Below the pieces are notes generated by a model. The model did not search any database. It saw only the letters and a list, made by a program, of their open reading frames with translations, and was not told the origin of the DNA. Below, one piece after another: positions 1 to 7,247 of a stretch of 64,000 nt of DNA; position 1 is the stretch's first letter, and each line of letters opens with the position of its first letter. This stretch comes from Phormidesmis sp. Lineage in GTDB: Bacteria > Cyanobacteriota > Cyanobacteriia > Leptolyngbyales > Leptolyngbyaceae. A program made the translations under genes and the position numbers. The stretch spans positions 352,001 to 416,000 of the forward strand of contig CBDFJR010000005.1 of the NCBI GenBank assembly GCA_965248535.1, read 5' to 3'.

Positions 1-105
1 CCCAGCGACGAGGCTGAGTTCTGGCTACAAGCAAGTCAAATATCACTCGATGCAGTTTGGGATAATACTGAGGATGACGTATATGCCCAGCTACTCCAAG
101 CATGA
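1..105 (+). CDS. C-terminus of a putative antitoxin (partial, runs off the window start)
   Basis: Frame 1 reads PSDEAEFWLQASQISLDAVWDNTEDDVYAQLLQA*. The W-D-N-x-E-D-D-x-Y tail is typical of antitoxins preceding PemK/MazF, and it overlaps the toxin start. Confidence 0.7.
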   Translation, partial: PSDEAEFWLQASQISLDAVWDNTEDDVYAQLLQA

Positions 106-412
106 TGTTATATTGGTGCGCTATCCCTTCTCAGATTTATCGAGTTCAAAGGTAAGACCTGCTGTTGTTGTGAGTACGTCGCATCCATCTCAAGACATTC
201 TCATTACTCCTTTAACAAGCAAAACAAGTGCATTACTAGCAGGAGAGTTTGTGCTGTTTGAGTGGGCAGCAGCCAAATTGAACGTAACTACCGCAGTCAA
301 AAGAGGGGTATATACAGTACATGAAAGTTTGGTGATTAAAGTAATTGGTCAGTTGGTTAAGGTCGATGCTGATCAACTTAAGCAATCTTTGCAAAGCTGG
401 TTAGGTTTGTAA
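83..412 (+). CDS. PemK/MazF family toxin
   Basis: DVILVRYPFSDLSSSKVRPAVVVS and PLTS motifs; ATG at 83 lies inside the antitoxin tail. Confidence 0.9.
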   Translation: MPSYSKHDVILVRYPFSDLSSSKVRPAVVVSTSHPSQDILITPLTSKTSALLAGEFVLFEWAAAKLNVTTAVKRGVYTVHESLVIKVIGQLVKVDADQLKQSLQSWLGL

Positions 413-506
413 TTTAAGCCAATAGCCACAGCCCAAGGCAGTGTTGGTTTGCAAATGAGTATGATGGGAAGTCTCAAGAGCAAATGCTCAGGTATGGTAT
501 GCAACT

Positions 507-1081
507 ATGTCTAACAGATTGGAGTGTGCACAAAGACTATATGAAAGTGTTTTGGACTGGTACAAAAGTGCAGATTCAAAGGCTCAGGTAGTTTTAGCAA
601 TCGATGCTGGCTTCTTAGCATTTCTCACAAGTACAGTTTTTTCCGAGCCTGATAAGCTACGAGCAATTCTTGCTGAATTCAATTGGGTAACCTGGTCAAC
701 TCTAACTTTGATGCTTTTGTCGTTAATAGTATCGATTGGATCATCTATAGCTTGCATTTGGTCACGAATGTATTCATCCAATGAAGTCAAGCGAATTATT
801 AAAAAAGCCGAGTTGGAATTTAACGACACTAATACTTACCCGCCGGAAAAATAATGTGGTTTTTCCAATTTATTGAAGGTTTGAACCAGCAAAAATTTCA
901 AGCTACTCTTGAGTCCATTGAGGAGGAATTCGAGCTTAAAGTGATGGCAGAAGAAATTTATATTCTTTCAAAGAATGCTCGCGAGAAACACTTCATATTT
1001 AACATTGGCTTTGGGTTTGCAGCATTAAGTTTAATTCTTTTTGTCGTCGCGGCTGTGAGTTATTTATCCTCTGTCGCTTAA
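507..1081 (+). pseudogene. Pycsar-effector-like (DUF5706/PycTM) membrane protein, split by a 1-nt frameshift
   Basis: ADSKAQVVL + TM1 + TM2, then FF...IYILSKNAREKH + TM3. ORFs 507-854 and 854-1081 join if one A is added to the A5 run at 847-851. Confidence 0.7.
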
Positions 1082-1097
1082 GTTCTAAGTAAACGCA

Positions 1098-1184
1098 GCC
1101 CAACAACCCGGCTGGAGCGGACTGAAGGGAGATCTTGGTAGAAATGCGAAGGTTATTTGCAGCCGCTCAGCCGGAACGTTATGC
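1098..1184 (+). other. attC-like integron recombination site A
   Basis: R'' GCCCAAC ... R' GTTATGC. Inner arms CCGGCTG(G)AGCGG(A)CTG / CAGCCGCTCAGCCGG pair with two extrahelical bases; 87 bp. Confidence 0.85.
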
Positions 1185-1255
1185 CGCCGAAAATTCAGTG
1201 TGAGAAAGGCATTCAAGCTTTTTAGTTGAGTGTTGTAGTACCTGAAAAATTGAGG

Positions 1256-2194
1256 CTAATTACCCTGATGCTTGGATAAGTCCTCAACAACTTCGAGGAA
1301 ATTCCTTAGAACGGTTGACTGATTGTGAGTTCTCCTAACAGCAACAATTTCTAACACTGGAGAGAATTCCTGAATATCGCGGTAAATGACCCCAGTCCGT
1401 CGAAGGTTTTTCACATTAGCTGGAAGCACTGAAACACCCATCCCTCCAGCGACCAAACTCAACACAGTTGTTATCCAGGCTGCCTCTTGGACAATGACAG
1501 GCTTACAGTGAGCGCTGATGCAAAGTTGATCAATTTTATCGCGTAAGCCACGAAGTAAGGTGTGCGGTGGTAGAACAAACTCCTTGCCGTTAAGCTCTGC
1601 GAGTGAAACACTCGTTTTTTTAGCTAAGAAATGCTTCTCCGGGAGGACAAGCACGAGTGATTCATGAAGAACCAGAGTGTCAGAAAAAGACTCGCTATCC
1701 TCTTTAAGCAAGTCTTGTAAGTTGTGTTTATGGAAAAAGCCAATATCGATTTGATGATTGCGTAACTGTTCGATTTGATCATAAGAAGCCAGTTCATGCA
1801 GAACAAGATTAACGTTCGGAAACTGTTCGCGAAAATCTCGGATAATACTGGGTAATTTGCTATTTGCAATTGATGTATTGATTCCTACATCCAATCGACC
1901 GTATTTTCCTGCTTGGGTTTCCTGTGCGAGTTCAATGGCTTTTTTTGTCTGCTCGATGATTTGCTCGGCTCTTATCAAGAAAGCCTGTCCCGCATCGGTT
2001 AATCCTAAGGGACGAGTTGAGCGATCGAAGAGATCGAAGCCCAACCTTGTTTCTAGTCTCTGGATCTGTTTACTTAAAAAACCTTGGTCAAGATCGAGCG
2101 CAAGGGCTGCTTGAATGAATCCTTTATGATTTTTCAGGGCGATCGCATATTCCAGATGTCGCAACTCAAGTTCGTGCCATCTTGCCGATTTCAT
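1256..2194 (-). CDS. LysR family transcriptional regulator
   Basis: N-terminal HTH (ELRHLEY...LSKQIQRLE..LG..LFDR) plus substrate-binding domain (LVAGGMGVSVLP). Confidence 0.95.
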   Translation of the reverse strand: MKSARWHELELRHLEYAIALKNHKGFIQAALALDLDQGFLSKQIQRLETRLGFDLFDRSTRPLGLTDAGQAFLIRAEQIIEQTKKAIELAQETQAGKYGRLDVGINTSIANSKLPSIIRDFREQFPNVNLVLHELASYDQIEQLRNHQIDIGFFHKHNLQDLLKEDSESFSDTLVLHESLVLVLPEKHFLAKKTSVSLAELNGKEFVLPPHTLLRGLRDKIDQLCISAHCKPVIVQEAAWITTVLSLVAGGMGVSVLPANVKNLRRTGVIYRDIQEFSPVLEIVAVRRTHNQSTVLRNFLEVVEDLSKHQGN

Positions 2195-2324
2195 GCTTTT
2201 ACTATGACGCTTTAGTCATGTACTCATGTCAATGATAGCGATTTTATCATATTCATCTCCCCTATACTGTTTTCATCCGAGCAAGCCGCTCAGTCATGCT
2301 TATAACAACAACAAAGAGGAATGA

Positions 2325-2552
2325 ATGATTAAACGTGTTTTGCTGGTAGGCGGGACTCATGGCAACGAACTCATTGGAGTTTATCTCATCAAGAAATTTG
2401 AGCAAGACCCGGAGCTAGTTCGTAGAAACAGTTTTGAAACATTGACTCTGTTAGGTAATCCGAGAGCTATAGAAGCAACTGTCCGCTACATCGACAAAGA
2501 TTTAAATCGTTGTTTCGAGGTTCAGGAGTTCAACTATGAGCAACCTAAGTAG
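2325..2552 (+). CDS. Aspartoacylase, N-terminal half
   Basis: GGTHGNE, GNPRA and [11 protein letters not shown] motifs of the AstE/AspA family; stops at 75 aa. Confidence 0.85.
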   Translation: MIKRVLLVGGTHGNELIGVYLIKKFEQDPELVRRNSFETLTLLGNPRAIEATVRYIDKDLNRCFEVQEFNYEQPK

Positions 2553-2583
2553 TACTTATGAAACTCAACGAGCGACAGAAATT
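2521..2583 (+). repeat. 63 bp imperfect direct repeat, copy 1
   Basis: 55/63 identical to 3407-3469 by manual alignment, no gaps. Confidence 0.9.
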
Positions 2584-3394
2584 GACCATGACACCTATTA
2601 TTATCTATCCATTTACATCAGTCGGAACTGAGGCAACAGACTTATCCATTCATGCCATCAAATACATTTCAGATCCCTTTTTCCTAGCTTTATGCATCAT
2701 CTTTGTTGTTTGCACCTGTACAGGGATCGTGATTCACTCTTGTAAGCCAGCTTTCGTAGATCCAATTGCTAACGTCAAGATGTCAGGTTCTCCCGACCAA
2801 ATTGATTATGTAATAACTGGCTTCTTAATAAATGGATTTGGTTTGATCCTCGCAGCATTTGCTATGCCAAGATTCATACAATTAGAGCCAGTCAAGGCTT
2901 TTATATCGTTCTCTGGAAGTTATCTGTTAGGAATGTTTATTGGCGGATGGTTATATTTTTTATCTCGAAGGACTTTGCTAAGGCTTAGGCTTATTTCACC
3001 GTGGACTACGATTCGCAAACTCCACTGTCAGGAATGCAGGAGATCCCTTCATCTAATTGCATCCTCTAATTCATTTGAAAACCTGTTGTTTAACTATTTG
3101 AATTCAGCCGAGCAAGTAGCTGCAAGACTTGGCAGCACAGACTTTGAGATATGGCAGTGTTCTCACTGTCACCCATCCGCTAATCGGGATAGTGTACATC
3201 TGCGAGGCTATAGAAGATCCGGCTCTGTAATTTGCCCAACGTGTCACGAGGCTACGATGAGTGCAGGTCATGTATCCATCACTCGGAAAGGTCCTCAGGA
3301 AGAAGAAGAAGAGACGACTTACACCTGTCTTTGCTGTTCTAATAGGATGCGGAAGACTCGTACTATTACTTGGTCGGAGTTTGATCCAGTATAA
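2558..3394 (+). CDS. Membrane protein with C-terminal multi-CxxC zinc-finger region
   Basis: Three hydrophobic segments, then CQEC, WQCSHC, CPTC, CLCC. Resembles the Cys-rich tail of TPM-domain proteins but lacks the TPM domain. Confidence 0.7.
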   Translation: MKLNERQKLTMTPIIIYPFTSVGTEATDLSIHAIKYISDPFFLALCIIFVVCTCTGIVIHSCKPAFVDPIANVKMSGSPDQIDYVITGFLINGFGLILAAFAMPRFIQLEPVKAFISFSGSYLLGMFIGGWLYFLSRRTLLRLRLISPWTTIRKLHCQECRRSLHLIASSNSFENLLFNYLNSAEQVAARLGSTDFEIWQCSHCHPSANRDSVHLRGYRRSGSVICPTCHEATMSAGHVSITRKGPQEEEEETTYTCLCCSNRMRKTRTITWSEFDPV

Positions 3395-3406
3395 GTCATG
3401 AATAGT

Positions 3407-3469
3407 TTCAGGAGTTGAAGTATGAGAAACCTAAGTAGTATCTATGAAACTCAACGGGCTAGAGAAATT
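3407..3469 (+). repeat. 63 bp imperfect direct repeat, copy 2
   Basis: Matches 2521-2583; contains GGAG-7nt-ATG starting the C-terminal half. Confidence 0.9.
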
Positions 3470-4114
3470 AGCCGTGAGTTTGGATCAGAAGGACGAATGC
3501 CTGTAGATATGATCATCGATCAGCACAGTACCACCTCTAATGCAGGATTAATGCTGATTCTGGATCAGCTTGATGCTTTTACCTTGAATTTGGCAGTCTA
3601 CCTGACTGTTATACAGCCTGCTCTAAAGGTCTATAGTTCTACTAATTCGGGGCGAAATCGCGATTCCCTGCGATCGATTGCCAAATATCGGATTGGGATT
3701 GAGGTTGGTCCTATTGCTCATGGCATACTACAAGCAGAACTGTTGCAAAAAACCGAAGACTTGATTTATCCGATTTTAGATTATGTGGAGCAGTACAACA
3801 ACAACATGGTTGCCCTTGAGACTTCTCCGTTGCTCCTTTACCAGTATGTTGGTGTGATCGACTATCCCAGAAATGACCGGGGCGAGATTGCAGCAATGAT
3901 TCATCCTCAGCTTCAGTTCCAAGACTATGAAGCATTGAAGCCTGGTGCGCCAATGTTTTTGACTTTTGATGGGGAAACGATCTGCTATTCAGGAGATGCA
4001 ACTGTTTATCCCCTTTTCATTAATGAAGCCGCTTATTATGAAAAAGGCATTGCGATGTGTCTGACTCAAAAGCAGCGATTTCATGTCAACCTTAACCCAC
4101 TTGAGCATTTATGA
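3422..4114 (+). CDS. Aspartoacylase, C-terminal half
   Basis: IIDQHSTTSN, IEVGP, IDYPR, IHPQLQFQDY and FINEAAYYEKGIA motifs. Confidence 0.85.
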   Translation: MRNLSSIYETQRAREISREFGSEGRMPVDMIIDQHSTTSNAGLMLILDQLDAFTLNLAVYLTVIQPALKVYSSTNSGRNRDSLRSIAKYRIGIEVGPIAHGILQAELLQKTEDLIYPILDYVEQYNNNMVALETSPLLLYQYVGVIDYPRNDRGEIAAMIHPQLQFQDYEALKPGAPMFLTFDGETICYSGDATVYPLFINEAAYYEKGIAMCLTQKQRFHVNLNPLEHL

Positions 4115-4725
4115 TATTTCGACAGAATCTAACCACGATCGCGACAATCATCGGAATGTCAATCATGCCACTGCCAGCTTTCTCTACAGAGGTTCTAATT
4201 AGAGTAGACTGTCTGAGTCCAACTCAAGGCGCAGGAGCCTGCGAGGTGAGATGGCCTAATTTTCCCAACACTGATATCTGGGATGTGACATGGCTAGATG
4301 GCGTGCAAACTAGAATCAGAATGTCTGGGAAAAATGGGCCGCAACGCTGGAATCCACAAAATAAACAGTGGGCTGACGGCTCCAGCGTCGGTCTTTGCTG
4401 GGATCGCCAATGCATTCATCTTCCCCGAGACCAATGGAAATCTTTAGCATCTAAAACGACCAGAGCGCCAATCGAGTGTTCAAATCCTACTCTGCAAGAA
4501 AGTACATGTCAGATGGAATATGTGCGCGAGACAAAAGGTGTTCGAGTTTATTGGCCAGATGGTTCTATCGAACATTACCTCAGTTCGCCAAGTGACAATC
4601 GCTCTGCATTGCAGTGGCGCAAATGGAGCCACAATAAAAATAGATGGATTGAGGTGGCAAATTTTGGGATATGCCTTGACAAAATGTGCTTGCTTTTTGA
4701 TGCTGATTTCTTCAAGAAACGATGA
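4111..4725 (+). CDS. Secreted protein with two tandem Cys/Trp-rich domains
   Basis: Signal-peptide-like N-terminus and an internal duplication; ATGA overlap with the upstream stop. Confidence 0.7.
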   Translation: MIFRQNLTTIATIIGMSIMPLPAFSTEVLIRVDCLSPTQGAGACEVRWPNFPNTDIWDVTWLDGVQTRIRMSGKNGPQRWNPQNKQWADGSSVGLCWDRQCIHLPRDQWKSLASKTTRAPIECSNPTLQESTCQMEYVRETKGVRVYWPDGSIEHYLSSPSDNRSALQWRKWSHNKNRWIEVANFGICLDKMCLLFDADFFKKR

Positions 4726-4809
4726 TGGTTAAGAATGTGAGTTCCATACTGACTTCTGACTGCTAAATCTTGACTTTAAGGTTAGAGCTTGTATAGAGAT
4801 GCCCGAACT

Positions 4810-5049
4810 ATGAAATGCCCTAAGTGTGGTTACAACAATTTGCCGGAAGGAACACGGGATGGGAGATGTGATGAGTGTGGATATCTGATGTTGCCTGAGC
4901 GTGATAATTTTGATCCTAAATGTCCTAAATGTGGTTACAACAATTCGCTGGAAGCGGCACAAGATGACAAATGTGATAAGTGCAAATGTCTGATGTCGCA
5001 TGAGCGTGAGAACATTAGAATGATGGATATTGCATGCTTTTTAGATTGA
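4810..5049 (+). CDS. Small tandem zinc-ribbon protein
   Basis: KCPKCGYNN...CDxC repeated twice, also duplicated at DNA level. Confidence 0.6.
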   Translation: MKCPKCGYNNLPEGTRDGRCDECGYLMLPERDNFDPKCPKCGYNNSLEAAQDDKCDKCKCLMSHERENIRMMDIACFLD

Positions 5050-5522
5050 GTTTGAGCGTGAGAACATTATAAAGATGAACACTGTTGTAGAGTATAAACG
5101 CATCGACTGGAAAACGCATTGTCAACTTCATTGCCTTAGGGTCGTCTTTCAGCGTTTAACCTCAAGAAATCAAATTGAGATTTTTAATAACGGCATCTTC
5201 TGATACGGTCTCTAGACTATGGGTTATTTAAGATTTTGACAGGGTAATTCTTATACTTCTAGAAAATAGATTATGGGGAAGATTTTCTAAAGGGGAAGTT
5301 AAGCCATTTAGCTTAAACAGTAGAGTCTTTAGTTCTAGTCTATAAGATGTTTGAAGTGAGCTTTCTGGTGATGAAGCTGTTAATTCTGATAGCAACCATT
5401 ACACTGGATTTTGTATAGATCGCAAGTTCTGTCTAGACAATAAGGTACACCTCATGATGCCCATTTTCAAGAAGTATAAAATTTTCAAACATACAATGTA
5501 CAATGTGATGGGTAAAGCCGCT

Positions 5523-5609
5523 GCATAACAATTCAAATGCATCGGACAGTCGAAAGTTTCTGGTGCTGAGTTTGAGTCTGTCTGCCGCCGCTGACTAGGA
5601 ACGCTATGT
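5523..5609 (+). other. attC-like site B (degenerate)
   Basis: GCATAAC ... GCTATGT, 87 bp, similar to site A. The TAA in R'' ends an upstream truncated reading frame (...NVMGKAAA*). Confidence 0.7.
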
Positions 5610-5636
5610 ATTACAATCTGTGTTTCTGGAGCTCGT

Positions 5637-6161
5637 ATGGAAAAGCATAAGATCACAACACTACAAAATATCTTCAGTTCTAGACTCGATACCTTGAGCC
5701 ATCTCTTAAAGGTAGCCGAGAGTCATTTCGCAGAAGATTTGGAATCTGTATTGCAGCTTCGCATAGCATCCGATATGTTTCCTTTCGGTACACAGATTAT
5801 ATTCACTTGCAATCAGCCTCGCAACTTCGCATTGTGGTGCTTAGAAAAGCCAGAGAGCAACCTAAACCCCGATGTCGCATCTTTAGCTGAGGCTCGTAGT
5901 CATATTTCATCCACTAAGGAGCTTCTGGCAAATATCAATGCTATCGATACTAAGTTGTCAGAGATCAAACGAGTTGAGCTTGGGCAAGGGCTGTATGCAG
6001 AATTATTGGGACTCTCGTATGTAGATGATTTTCTAATGCCAAACTTTTATTTCCATCTGACGACGGCATACGACATCATGCGTATGGCAGGAGTGCCAGT
6101 AGGTAAGCGCGATTTTATGATGCATTTAGTGCCTTTCGTAAACCATCAAAGTGATGCATAA
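5637..6161 (+). CDS. DUF1993 family protein (cassette gene)
   Basis: RIASDMFPF and PNFYFHLTTAYDIMRMAGVPVGKRDF motifs. Confidence 0.9.
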   Translation: MEKHKITTLQNIFSSRLDTLSHLLKVAESHFAEDLESVLQLRIASDMFPFGTQIIFTCNQPRNFALWCLEKPESNLNPDVASLAEARSHISSTKELLANINAIDTKLSEIKRVELGQGLYAELLGLSYVDDFLMPNFYFHLTTAYDIMRMAGVPVGKRDFMMHLVPFVNHQSDA

Positions 6162-6241
6162 CAACTCCAACGCACCGGACTAAAGTCAGTGGTTAATGAG
6201 TTGTAAAAGATATCTGTGTCCGATGATTGGGAACATTATGC
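6156..6241 (+). other. attC-like site C (degenerate)
   Basis: GCATAAC contains the DUF1993 stop codon; GCACCGGAC arm; ends ATTATGC; 86 bp. Confidence 0.7.
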
Positions 6242-6292
6242 AGAAAAATCTAAGGGTTAAAATAGGGGTGTCGTTGAAACGAGGTTAAGCCC

Positions 6293-6416
6293 AGGACAGT
6301 TCGACAGCCTCGCTACAGCAAAGAAGAATTTGCTCGACGCGGCGATGAGATCTATAGAATCTCAGGTGCGGCCCCAAGTCGAGGAAGATAATCATGGGAA
6401 GATTGTGGCGATCGAC
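6293..6416 (+). pseudogene. Fragment of a small TA-associated protein
   Basis: TVRQPRYSKEEFARRGDEIY / ESQVRPQVEEDNHGKIVAID with a frameshift and no start codon. Confidence 0.6.
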
Positions 6417-6476
6417 CCATACCGAAACAGCAAGCCTTGAAGTGAGTTAAAATCGAGAGACTGCGATCGACTATCT

Positions 6477-6640
6477 ATGAGTGAAACCGTCTATTGAAAC
6501 CAGTAGCTTGGGCTACCTGACTGCTCGACCTAGCCGAGACACTGTTGTGGCTGCCAGTATTGACATAACGAGGGAGTGGTGGGACACACGTCGCGGCTAC
6601 TTCAAAAATCGCATCCCAACGACTAGAAGTCCTTCGTAAT
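6477..6640 (+). pseudogene. PIN-domain (VapC-like) toxin N-terminal fragment
   Basis: MSETVY / ETSSLGYLTARPSRDTVVAASIDITREWWDTRR, frameshifted and truncated. Confidence 0.65.
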
Positions 6641-6647
6641 CTTGTGC

Positions 6648-6684
6648 AAAAGATACTAGCTGCCGCTCAACTTAGCCGTTCGGC
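6648..6684 (+). other. attC-like site D, right half only
   Basis: GCTGCCGCTCAACTTAGCCGTTCGGC resembles the L'/R' arm of sites A and B; the left arm is missing. Confidence 0.6.
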
Positions 6685-6716
6685 AGCTTGTGCGCGGTGT
6701 TGTATACTGAGCTAAT

Positions 6717-7100
6717 ATGTCAAATCAATCTGCACCAGAAATCGAGCTGCTACGGGCAGCGTATTCGGCCTTCAACGCGCGCGATATTGATGCCGCTCTC
6801 GCCCTCATGACTCCCGACGTAGCTTGGCCGAGGGCGTTCAAAGGCGGTTTTGTCCGTGGGCCTGAGGAAGTCCGCGCCTACTGGACAGAGCAGTGGAGCG
6901 AGATCAATCCACACGTCGAGCCGATTGCCTTTTACTCGGAGGACGCTGGGCAAGTCTTGGTTGATGTGCATCAAGTTGTGCGCGATCTAGCCGGAGCCTT
7001 ACTTGCTGATGAGCACGTTGGCCACCGTTTCACCATTGAGCATGGCTTGATTCGAGCCATGGAAGTCTGTTCACTGCCATCGTCTGGTCTCGGTGCTTAA
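6717..7100 (+). CDS. SnoaL-like / NTF2 family protein (cassette gene)
   Basis: AYSAFNARDIDAALALMTPDVAW motif; the stop codon lies in GCTTAAC (R''-like, 7095-7101). Confidence 0.9.
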   Translation: MSNQSAPEIELLRAAYSAFNARDIDAALALMTPDVAWPRAFKGGFVRGPEEVRAYWTEQWSEINPHVEPIAFYSEDAGQVLVDVHQVVRDLAGALLADEHVGHRFTIEHGLIRAMEVCSLPSSGLGA

Positions 7101-7247
7101 CCCATGCTCTGTGGTCATAACTATCACAGCCCCTAGTGGATTATGCTTTTGTCTCAACTGATGTGCCTTTAGAATTCATCTTCTGTTTAAACAAGCATCG
7201 CCACTCTGCCATTAGACAAGCAGCCGCACAAACCTATGCACCCGGCT

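Noticed and set aside
417..502. A complete attC between mazF and the Pycsar-like gene
   Set aside because: At most a right-end trace (GCAGTGTTGG) is visible, with no paired arms.
2521..3469. Precise excision between the direct repeats restores an intact aspartoacylase, as with heterocyst interruption elements
   Set aside because: Removing 886 bp leaves the halves out of frame by 1 nt with a TAG stop, and the insert encodes no recombinase.
6563..6620. ACATAAC or TCCCAAC as the left end of attC site D
   Set aside because: Both lie within the PIN toxin remnant reading frame and lack a convincing complementary L arm.
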